A stretch of DNA of 63,572 bases, the filler included, from Stramenopiles sp. TOSAG23-2 (Eukaryota): the NCBI GenBank assembly GCA_900128395.1. It is 6 parts of 6 records of this genome, joined end to end, with 100 filler letters (N's around TTAATTAATTAA, not from the genome) between each part and the next. Parts side by side here need not be neighbours in the genome. Positions count along the whole stretch, not along the records: positions 1 to 10,561 come from LT650007.1; positions 10,662 to 21,207 come from LT650010.1; 4 more parts are not named here. One strand, given 5' to 3'. Positions 1 to 11,137 of the stretch are shown piece after piece. The notes beneath the pieces are model-generated. The model did no database searches and was not told the origin of the DNA. It saw only the letters and a list, made by a program, of their open reading frames with translations. Position 1 is the first letter of the stretch; each line of letters starts with the position of its first letter. A program made the position numbers and the translations under genes.

Positions 1-72
1 TCAAGGGATACCCCTATTAATATTATGGCCATTTTCCAAAATCGTACGGATCTTAACATTCATATTTTTCGT

Positions 73-425
73 TTGACACATATTTTATACTTGAAATAGG
101 GAAATTAGAATATCAGATAAAAATACTACATGAGAAATCGTACCAATGCTATTTCACCATCGAAACCGTGTCCACCATATCATTTTTTCTATATTTTCCG
201 GATATTTGATATTTTTTTCCAAATATAAGAAAAATAAAATTGGCATTTTAGAAAACGATATATATATATTTCCCGTAGTGAATAGTGTTAGTTTGTTAGT
301 GCACATAGTTTGGGCGGTTTTTGCACCATATTTGGGCGCTTTCGAGGGTGTAGTAGCACTACGTACGATTTATCCACCTATCAAATGACATATTTTATAC
401 TTGAAAGGGAAATTAGTATATCATA
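73..425. repeat. Two degenerate copies (about 73-120 and 378-425) of a dispersed ~50-bp repeat also found inverted in contig 2
   Basis: ctatcaaatgacatattttatacttgaaagggaaattagtata (378) closely matches the reverse complement of tattctaatttcccctttcaagtataaattatctgtcatttgatag near 14848-14893. Confidence 0.75.
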
Positions 426-737
426 AATACATTTCTGCCGAATCGCCCGTCCACCGTCCCACCTTAATAAAAATCACACACCTCCTTAACAACTTATAAT
501 ATTGAATTATTGAATTACATCGGAGTCGTCTATGTAAATATGTTTAAAATAGAGATAGATCAAAGAGTATATAAACACATATATGTAAATAGCAAACAAG
601 AAAGAGTTACATATATATAAGTTCTTATTGCGTTATATATAAACCATCTAAATAGAAAGAAGGACCTGCGTACGAGTGTGTCTTCTAAATATAATAATAC
701 CCATTATCAAATTTGAGAATATTTTTTCAATAATAAT

Positions 738-2352
738 ATGCCATCAGTTCAATCAAAACAAGCGGAAACGGAGGAAGAGCAATTTAAACAACGAACAACA
801 TATACAGTATGTTTTTCCATATTTTTAAGTGTATTGCAGCACGTCATTCAATTACAAGCAGAACCTTTATTAATTAGGCGTTTAGTTAATAATAACCCAG
901 TCACTACAGCGCAGGTCATGGCAAATACATCTGGAATGATTGGTATTTTAGGATTATTTGTAAATCAAATTGGTGGGAAATTATCAGATGTATTAGGAAG
1001 AAAAATGTTTTATCTTGTTGGGCCTATTACATCAATTTTGTGTGGATTTTTCGTCAATACTTTTGGTGATAATTTTTATGCAGTAACAGCTTGTCGTGTT
1101 ATGCGTATATTAATGACAGGATTTTCTTCTTCTGTTATGTGCTCAGCATCATTATCAGATGTATTGGAAGGAAAACGATTAAGTGTTGCAAGTTCATATC
1201 TTGGTGCAAGTGTTGGTGCAGCGGTAAGTATTTTTCGTTATTTATACATATATATATATTATATAAAACGAATAATAATTTGACAAAAAAAGTACTAACA
1301 AGAAAATCTTTATTTTTTTATTTCTCTGTATCAATCATCATCATCATTAGGTAATCGTTGCACCAGTCATTGAAGGAATGATATTATCACGTACAAATAT
1401 GAATTTAAAATCACCAGCACTTGCATTAGCTACATTAGGTGCATTGCATTCCTTATTTATTTTATATGCAATGCCAGAAACAAATGCAAAAGTTTTAAAA
1501 CCAGGTTATAAAAAACTTTCTTTATTTGACGCATTGAGAAATTTAGATTTTGCATCGATGAATCCATTATCATTTTTAAGTATATTTAGAGAAGATAAAG
1601 CATTACAAAAGGCACAAAAGGGAAAATACAAAAATTTGAATCCAGAAATAAATGCAGCTATAGATAATAGGCGTATTATTCGACGTTTAGTATTAGTATC
1701 AACATTTCAAACATTTTTAGAAGGAAAAAATGTGACTGATATTGTACAAGTATGGCAACGTGAACATTTAAAATGGGATGCCTTTGGTATGAGAGATTTT
1801 ACTGTGATGTATGGCGTTTTGTGTTTCTTAGCTGGTCAGTTTTTAACCCCAGCGTTGTTGCAAAGATGGTCTGGACGATCCTTTACGACGTTTACGAATA
1901 CGACAAATGCAATTGGTTTTGTAATGCGTGGGGCAACTGAGATACCATTTGTATTTTGGTGCGCCGTAGCGCCGATGCTCCCAGGCGTAAATGGTGGGAG
2001 TTCATCTGCTATTAAAAGCATGGCAACTGATAGATGTGTTGCTGCTGGTATTGGACGTGGTGAATTATCTGCATGGTTAAATAATTTACGTGCCCTTATT
2101 GTTGCAACAGCACCAGTTATATACGGTAACGTATATGCGTTTTGTGTCAACAATAATATTTATCCAGGTTATGCATTCTTTGTTGCTGCATTATTTGGAG
2201 CAGTTGTTCCAGAAATTATACATCAACAATTAAAACCAAGTGAAACAAAAATGTTAACACAAGAGGATAAAAAGATGATTAGTGAAGGTAGAAAATTGGC
2301 AGCATTGCAAAATATGAAAGAATTAGTTCAAACCCCAAATAAAGAAATGTGA
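738..2352 (+). CDS. MFS transporter, TetA/MFSD14(HIAT1)-like; join(738..1223,1351..2352)
   Basis: MFS motif A-like GKLSDVLGRK; many TM helices; phase-0 intron 1224..1350 (GTAAGT, TACTAAC at 1293, TAG) joins the two ORFs in frame. Confidence 0.9.
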
Positions 2353-3178
2353 AAGGAGAAAAGGTGTGTAAGGAGAGAGAGAGCATCGTAATACAACATA
2401 CTGTAGAACATGGCCAGTTAATATCTCGTACGTGCGTACCGCGTGCGAGAGTGTGTTTCATAAAATATTTCTTTTTACGATTACGGATATATATTTTTTT
2501 TATATATTAATCTAGAATATATGGGATAGATCTATATATATTATATATATATCCGTAAAACCCCATCCATAAATTTTATTATTAAAAAACTGTGATTTGC
2601 GGTAATTTATACTTTCGATAAAATAAGAAATGGGAATAACATGTTTATTAATTTTGTTGCGAGAAAGAGTGTGTGATTCCCTGTTCATAATTTAGAATGA
2701 ATATACAATTTACGTAAATTAATATGTAAATATCATTGCCAGCAAGCAAGGCAAGGACAGATTGTTCACACATGCATCCAAAAAATGTTAAAATTGCAAA
2801 AAAAATGTTGGTCCAAAAAACAAAATAAAAATTAAAATATTTCAACCCTATTTATTACAAATATTTACAACGTATAACAATTGAAAATAAAAACTCCAAA
2901 TTGAGGTATGATTTTGACTTGCACCCTTAATTAAACACAATTTAGGCAACAAAAACACAAATTAAAAACATATAAAACACATGTACATGTAGTAGATAGA
3001 TAGATATTTCAAACAAAAACAAGAATAATAAAAGAAAAGAAAAAAAACAATCAAACAACAATAAGTACGAATAATATTAAACGTAACACAAAAAAATAGT
3101 AACAAAATATTTTGTTTACAAATTTAAACAAACACAAAAAAAAAACAAAAAAAACAATTATTTATATATTACAACATT

Positions 3179-6100
3179 ATGTATAAAAATCATTCTGAAG
3201 AGTTATCGAAACAAGGATTATACAAATTAATAGACCGACTTGATCCAAATATCAAAGTTTCAGCTGATGTTTGTTATTTTGTAAAAACGATTACTGATGA
3301 TTTGTTATCTTCTTCCATTTCCAATATGCTTCGAGAGTTGAAAATTCCGAGTGATCATGATAATGATCCTCATGGACAATTTAAATGGGATATTTTACCT
3401 AGTATAAAAAAGGAAATGCAAAAACAAAATAATTCATATTTTATGGATGGAAGTGGAGGAGTCAAACAAAATACAGTAGCTCGTGTTATGCATGTATTAA
3501 ATGCATGTGATTTAAAGATGAAACATGGAGTGCATCATTCAACTACATATGAAAATATCGAAGAGACGAGCAACGCCGTATTATTTTCAGGTTGCAATTC
3601 AATTAATGAAATTGCCACTTATATGTCTGATAATATCAATGATAAATATATTGCATCGCAAATAATTAATGGTATACCTATTGAAAAGCTTATTATATCA
3701 CCATGTGGAAGAAGACATTTTCAACAAGGTCTTGCATCATTGATTGAATTTAATGATAAAATTGAAGCTATATTATTGGGTGAGACAAAACACGATACAA
3801 AATTAGTTGATCGAAACAATATGAACAGTGGCATATTAACAAAAATTCCAAAATGCATAAACTTTTTTGGTCAGAATGGCAAAGGAATTGATGCGATTAC
3901 AATATGGCTAGTAAAACATTCCAAATTAAATCTTTCTCGAGAGATACCTGAAGTTATGTGGAAATATATTTTTTCATTTTCTGCACAAGAAGATCTTCAT
4001 CAAATACTTTGTACAGCACTTTGTGTTGATAATAAGAATAAAATGCATACAATCTTTAACAAAAATGATGATGATGATAATAATAACAACAACATGGTGC
4101 AAAACAACGTTAAGAAATTACCTTCAGGAATATCTATAGATGAGGGAAAAAATGCGATTAATAGTGCATCCGTGACAACAGTTGATATAAATTTCCGATG
4201 GCAATCATTAAATGGCAAGATTTTAAAAACATTGGAAAATAAACAATCAAATGATGTAATTCCAATTTTTGATTTATTGTTTCCTGAAATTAAGGAAGCA
4301 ATCAGTAATGAAGATCCTAAGTGCGAATGGTTTCAAACAAATGATGATGCATTTACCTTGTTGCAGCCATGTATACAGCATGAATATGGTAATTTTGATA
4401 TTTGTCAAACATCTTACAAAATATTAACATATGATGCATTAGGTAATATGACCTTAGATCTAAGAAATGCTCGTATTATTAGAAATAGTAATAATAAAAT
4501 GGAAAATCAATCAAGTAGTTGGTTTTCTATTTTGCGTAATGTAACAAAAAACGTCAAGAAAGAAGAACAATCCTCCGTTATTGATATTGTAATATTGCCT
4601 TTCAAACAATATCAGGAAAAACAAATGAGTGGGGAAGAAATATACCGTGTATTAAAACAGGTTCATCCAGATACTAATATTAGTAGGGTTGGTATGGATA
4701 CTATGATAGGTTTACTGTATACACATACGCAACCATTGTTGGTTCAAACAGCATTAAATCAAAAACGAATGCGACTTCCTAAAATGTCAAATGTACAACT
4801 TCTTCAAAATTTAACTGCCAGAGATATTCAAGATGCTGTTAGAACTGTATTTCCAGGTGAACTTGCAAAAAATGCTGTTTCTGAAGGGACTAAAGCAATA
4901 ACAATGTGTACGTCGAGAGATATTAACTCGCACGTGCCTTGGTATCGAAATAATAGCGGCAATAAATCGACATGGTCAGCAGATGCACGCCTTCAATTTC
5001 CAGTCCGTTTAATAGCATGGGCAACATACCAAATAGGTAAAACCATTCTTGGTATTGATAAAAATGAAGAGACAGCTAAAAACTGTGATTATCCTTCTAA
5101 TATCAGTAAAGAATGCTGCGTTTATTTATCTGCAGTCCTTGAATATTTATGTGCAGAAATCCTTGAGCTAGGTGGCAATGCTGCTCGCGATAATAAAACA
5201 AGCAAGCTATCGGCGTATCACATAATGTTAGGTATACGTGGAGATGGAGAGCTAAATAAACAATTTGAACAAGTCTGTTGGTACGAGAGCGGTTATCTTC
5301 CAATAACTTCGTATATGAAACAAAAAGTTGCTTTTGACCTTAGTGTCCTTGGCGATGTAAGGCAAAAAGATGCTTTGGAAGAATTATCATTAAATATTTC
5401 GAATGAACAAATAGCAAAAGGTGTTGTAATGGATAATATTTCCACATGGAAATTAGCAAGATGTGCTCAAATTCCGTTTGCAAATGTATTCGATATTGCT
5501 CCTAGATTAGAAAATATTTTAGACAACATTATTTCTAGTTTATTAAATATTGCACTTTCTGTTAGTAGCAAAGAAGATGATGGGCCTAGGTATATAGATT
5601 ATTATACCATGAATTATGCACTTTCATGTCATAAGTTATTTATGATTCATGCAATTGTTCCAACAATAGTTGAACATGAAACAACAGTAGACTCAACATT
5701 AAGAGATCAATGGTGGTTAAATGATGATTTAGAGTCAGATGTTGATAGTGATTCTGATAATGAGACTGATAGTGATTCTGACAATGAGACGGATATGCAT
5801 CTGGTTGATCCTCGTCATGTATTTTCAGCTAGTAAAATTGCTAATTCTAGCGAAATGCTACTTGGTAATATTTTTATAGAACAAAATGAAAAAGAATACA
5901 ACTATCTTTTTGGAAAATTACAAAAGGAAAGAATGCGTCATATCCAGAAAACTTTCAAGACAGATGGTAATCATAATAATATGATAGATTTCTTGCGATT
6001 AAAAGAGAAAATCGAAAATAAATTGTCGTCTATTAATATTTCAAGAAAAAATATAAGCAATCGCGCAATATATGCCATGCATGTTGCATTTGAACGTTTC

Positions 6101-7345
6101 TTTGTTCAATTGTTTTCTAGTGTTAATTTAATGGTAAAATCTGGTGAGAAAGATAGTACGAATACCCCCCGTTGTGTTCAATTGCACGATATTGAATTTG
6201 CATTAGCATTGAAATTGGGGAATTACAAACAAGCTGAAGCAATAGCTAGAAATATGACACGTAAGACAAACTTTTTCATGAAGCGGGAGCGCTTGCTAAT
6301 TCAATTAAAACAGACTGCGCTTGCTAATTCAATTAAAACAGACATAGCAAAACGAATGGAAGGTCTTCAAAATAACATTGATATGCTGAAAGAGGATATA
6401 CGCATATGTCCTAATCGAGAACGATACCATGGATTTAAAAAAGATATGGAAACCTTGTTGACCAACAAGGAACAATTAAATGATAAAATGAAAGAAATAA
6501 TTAATAATGCAAACCAAAGAGGGAAACATGTAAACGAAGAAAACAAAGAAGAAATACCAGCTACACTAAAAGTTGATAAAGTGGGTATATTTTCTGATTT
6601 TGTAAATTGTGTAAATGTGTATATTGAGTTGGATGAACTTAATGGGAAGACGGATATTGGTACATTTGGTAGTTTAAGGAACACCATTTCGAGTTCATCC
6701 AATCCACAGTTAAAAAATTGTGTTCAAATTACACTAGCAAAACTTGCTCGTGAGAAATTTCTAGTTAAAAATGGAAATAAATACATGCTAAACAAAGAAG
6801 AAAATGAGCAGTCAATGGGTACTTTTCTTGGTGGAGAAACGATAAATACATTTGTACCTGTCGATAGCAATAGTGAGTTCTCTGGAACTTCCACGCTTGC
6901 AACACATGATGAAATGAAAAAAATGCAAAGGGAAACGAGTAAATCATCAATAGGAACTATTTCGAAAGTACTGACGTATGAAATGCTGCGGGAACTTTGT
7001 AATGGGTGTCAAAAATTAGATGCTGCAGCAAATGCATTGTCTGATATTTATTTTCAAAAAGGCATAAATGATAATAATAATAATTACAATACTTTGAATC
7101 ATCAATGGAATTGCTATTCAAAACAATATTTCCGAGACGCTTTTACAAACCGAAAACATGATTTAGACTTAAGTGATTTTCCGATTGAAACTGCTGCGAT
7201 AGATGGTTTACAGCTGGTTGTTGAAAGTTATTTATCAAATTTATTTCGATGTGCAATTGCACTTGCAAAATACAATGGAAGGAAAGTATTAAAAGTGAAA
7301 GATGTGCAATTTGCAAATAAAATGAGAACAATATTATTCTTGTGA
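3179..7345 (+). CDS. Multi-histone-fold fusion protein: degenerate H2B, F-box-like motif, H2B-H2A-H4-H3, coiled coil, H1-like domain, H3
   Basis: H2B: [43 protein letters not shown]; H2A: [47 protein letters not shown]; H4-like: [14 protein letters not shown]; H3-like twice: [17 protein letters not shown]..DIEFA and [37 protein letters not shown]. Confidence 0.9.
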   Translation: [1388 protein letters not shown]

Positions 7346-8062
7346 GATTGAGTATCTTGATCATATTATTTTACGACTCGGTACCACGGGAAGTAAAATT
7401 TTATTATTAACTTAAAGATTTTATAAACATCATTTTTGTCTAAAGCTTATAACTTATGATATGATACGAGTAGATTTTAAACAGATCATTTTTGTCTAAA
7501 GCTCAGTTTTCACTTTTCTAAAAATGGCACAATGAGTTCATGAGTTCCCAGAGTTTTTAAATGAGTTTTCAATATGACAACTCTCATTTTTGCTTTAAAC
7601 TCTAATTATGCATACAAGTAAGAAGAAGAATCCCAATATTTTATGGTGAGAGGGTGAGAGGTGAGAGGTGAGGTGAATAGGATAGATCTAAAGGATATAT
7701 TCCATGTGGATCGTGGATAGGTGTGAATGACAAATGGACCCAGGTTTTTGAACCATATATAGGTAAGTTAAAGTATATATTTAGTAGTCTAAGACGTCAT
7801 TTTCATTCATCAAAAATTAATTCTATATATCTAGAATTAATGATATGCATATATTTTAAAAGAAATAAATTTATGCAACATTTACACACTATTAATCAAT
7901 TTTAATATATTTTTTATTACGTACACATCATTATTCGTATATTACGCTCTTTTAACACTATGATAATTCATTTTAAACTCCACGCATACACTCTTTATAT
8001 TCACATTATATATTATTTAATAAAACTATTTTCGTACTTCATACGTCTCGTAATATTATATA

Positions 8063-9832
8063 TTAATCCTCAACAACTTTCACATCAACACGATGCCATG
8101 AATTATTTAAAATACCACGTAAATTCCACAATGTATGCACATTTTCAGGCTGTTGATTATAGGAACCATCCACTGCTTTACAGACAAATTGAATTTTGCC
8201 ATTTTCTTTTCCCATTTTTTTCAATTCATTTGTTAATGGAACAGTTGCTTTCCATAATGTCCATGCCCATGCACGACCACGCTTTTGTTCAGTACCTTTT
8301 CCTAATTCAGCGGTAATCCATGTCTTACCATTGTCAGCAGATACATCAACGCGTACAATCGGTCTACCACCACCAGACCATGCATAACCTGATAATTCAA
8401 TATCATCATCATCCATTGAAATAGTTTCACTTGCACCATTTGGTTCTACTATAGCACTTTGTACAGGCATTTCTTGGCATGATAATACTTTTGATGGATC
8501 AACACCTTTGAAATTTTTCACATTTGGTGAAAAACCTTTGTATTGTACATTTCGTTGCCATACACTTGGAGCTTCTTCCTCACTTGTTACAATTTTAGTT
8601 AACCATTTCACTTGCCGAGCACCAATATGTCCAGGCACAACACTACGTAATGGATACCCATGTTCCCTTGGCAATTCTTCGCCGTTCATTTCATATGCTA
8701 ATAGAACATCGCCACGTGTACTTGTTGCTTTTTCAACTGGGATGGATGCATCATATGGTGGGTCCAATGGGTACATATGAACATGTTCTATACCATGTCC
8801 GTCATCCACATCATCCACATCAACACCAGCAAATTTCAATACATCGCGTAATAAAACACCACCCCATACTGCAGTACTTATTGCACCTGTTTGCCATGCT
8901 AAACCCGATGTTTTAGCAATATCATTATATGCCCCTCTTCGATTTCCACCACATTGCATTGTAGCAGTTACAGTTCTTTTTTTAAATAGTGTTTTCAAAT
9001 CTTCTAATGTTAATGATATAGGTGCGTTAATACCTTTGCCTTCAATAACTAAACGATATTCTTTTGGATCCACGACTGGAACAGGATGATGATGTCGTAC
9101 ATACCATAATTCATTTGGTGTAATATATGTATCATCTGATATCAATGATACTGGCGTCTCTGCATTAAATGGTTTTTCTTTGTGAACTAATAATGCAGCA
9201 TGTCGTTCTGGATCACTTGCATACGGATCACTCGTATCATATTCTATTTTCTCTTCCTTATCTGATAATACACCAATTTGATATTTTTGCAAATATTCTG
9301 TAACTTGTTTATTGCCAAAATGTTGTCGATATAAATTCCAAAAAGGGTCGACGGAACCACCAGCAGCTAACATGATTCTACTTGCTCCGCCAGGATGTTG
9401 TTCCACAAATTCAGTGATGTCATATACACCATTCTTATATGTTACCCATATTCCCTCCGCAGATGTTTTATGTTTTGCAACTTCAGCTCTAGTATATACT
9501 TTTGAAGTATTATTTCCAGCAGCTTGTATAACATGATTATTATTACTTTTGCTATTATTATTATTATTATAATCAAATAAAGATGCTGCACCTAATAAAG
9601 TTATACCTACAAGAGGTAAAAATGGATTATTTCCATTTGTACTTTGACGAAATGTACTTAAACGTTGTACCATACGTGTGGTTCCATTTAATTGCATTTT
9701 ATTCACTGATGTTGCACGGCCTTGTTGCCTATGTAAAAAATGATAACTACGTTGTATAATAACATTTTTATTATTTTGAATAGCATATTTTCGTGGTTGT
9801 TGAATCATACATTTTGTTGCTAATCTTAACAT
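8063..9832 (-). CDS. SUOX: Sulfite oxidase (mitochondrial presequence, cytochrome b5, Moco and dimerisation domains)
   Basis: b5 motif YDITEFVEQHPGG; Moco motifs PFNAETP, YVRHH, QCGGNRR, HGYPLR..VPG..GARQVKWL; GYAWSGGG..RVDVS; WNLRGILNNSWH. Confidence 0.95.
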   Translation of the reverse strand: MLRLATKCMIQQPRKYAIQNNKNVIIQRSYHFLHRQQGRATSVNKMQLNGTTRMVQRLSTFRQSTNGNNPFLPLVGITLLGAASLFDYNNNNNSKSNNNHVIQAAGNNTSKVYTRAEVAKHKTSAEGIWVTYKNGVYDITEFVEQHPGGASRIMLAAGGSVDPFWNLYRQHFGNKQVTEYLQKYQIGVLSDKEEKIEYDTSDPYASDPERHAALLVHKEKPFNAETPVSLISDDTYITPNELWYVRHHHPVPVVDPKEYRLVIEGKGINAPISLTLEDLKTLFKKRTVTATMQCGGNRRGAYNDIAKTSGLAWQTGAISTAVWGGVLLRDVLKFAGVDVDDVDDGHGIEHVHMYPLDPPYDASIPVEKATSTRGDVLLAYEMNGEELPREHGYPLRSVVPGHIGARQVKWLTKIVTSEEEAPSVWQRNVQYKGFSPNVKNFKGVDPSKVLSCQEMPVQSAIVEPNGASETISMDDDDIELSGYAWSGGGRPIVRVDVSADNGKTWITAELGKGTEQKRGRAWAWTLWKATVPLTNELKKMGKENGKIQFVCKAVDGSYNQQPENVHTLWNLRGILNNSWHRVDVKVVED

Positions 9833-10506
9833 TTTTAAAAAAAATTTCTTTATTTTTTATTTCTTTTTTTTGGTCAGACTTGCTGTAATTTCTTTTTCAA
9901 CTCGTATGTATAATACCTGATAATAAGTTAAATTATTCTTCAAAATTTGTTGAATGGTGGTGGTAGTAGTTTTTTTTTTGTTCTTATATGTAAAGATATA
10001 TATGTATACATGTTTTATGATGATGTTTTAAATAATTAATATTTTTTTTTTAAAAAAAAAAATTGCCGTACGGCGAGAGCCCTGCATTAGGTCTGGATTG
10101 GGGGTTGTGGCACAGCGATGGAATTCGTTGGAGTTAAGGAGGGTTTTGGCAGTTTGATATCAAATGCTTAATATCATAGGGGATATTGGTTTTCTGATTG
10201 TAGTCGAGGCGTAGTGTAATATCGTATTCGTTGTTGTACAGTATTAAGTATAGTACTACCGTACTACCCATTCATAAATAGTGTGTGATAGTGTTGTGCT
10301 GTATCGATGTATACGATATTGTTGTAGTATGTATTGGCTGTCGCTGTTACCATATAATATCTTGTGACTTGTACGTATTGTTATATGTATATACTATTAT
10401 CGTGTGGAAATTGTCTGGTGTGCTTAATGCATAGGTGTACTTCTTAGTATATTATTCAGCGATAGGAGGAAATTTATAATTTTAAGATGAAATAATCGCA
10501 TCAGGT

Positions 10507-10561
10507 AAATCGCAGGAAAATCGCAGGAAAATCGCAGGAAAATCGCAGGAAAATCGCAGGA
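10507..10561. repeat. 11-bp minisatellite (AAATCGCAGGA)x5 at contig end
   Basis: Five exact copies running into the linker. Confidence 0.9.
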
Positions 10562-10661
10562 NNNNNNNNNNNNNNNNNNNNNNNNNNNNNNNNNNNNNNN
10601 NNNNNTTAATTAATTAANNNNNNNNNNNNNNNNNNNNNNNNNNNNNNNNNNNNNNNNNNNN
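10562..10661. other. Artificial contig linker
   Basis: 44 N + TTAATTAATTAA (stop in all six frames) + 44 N. Confidence 0.99.
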
Positions 10662-10841
10662 ATATTTATGAGTAAATAAAATCTTTTTAAATTTTAAGTA
10701 AGAGAATTTTTTATATGATATTATATAAATTTCTTTTACTCCCGTTCATATATAAAATTAATAAAATTTACGTACGAACTCCTCCCGTACTATTTTACCT
10801 CACACTTCCACACTTCACACTTCCCTCCCATCTCTCAGTAT

Positions 10842-11137
10842 TACTATGATTCAACAATACATATTATCACATCGATCCCATCGATTCCCTGTATATCCTT
10901 CGTATTGATCCCGTGCTAACCAAAATACCGGTTTCATAATTGTCATTAAAGTACCCGTGAAAAGCAATGGTGCCACGTAATATGGGAAATACTATGATTC
11001 AACAATACATATTATCACATCGATCCCATCGATTCCCTGTATATCCTTCGTATTGATCCCGTGCTAACCAAAATACCGGTTTCATAATTGTCATTAAAGT
11101 ACCCGTGAAAAGCAATGGTGCCACGTAATATGGGAAA
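10842..11137. repeat. Exact 148-bp tandem duplication covering the 3' end of the gene
   Basis: 10842-10989 equals 10990-11137. Confidence 0.9.

Noticed and set aside
3179-7345. Endogenous giant-virus segment
   Set aside because: No other viral hallmark genes, and both neighbours are typical nuclear genes; only single-gene transfer remains possible
10507-10561. Telomeric repeat
   Set aside because: Unit lacks a G/T-rich telomere pattern and has only five copies; more likely a minisatellite breaking the assembly
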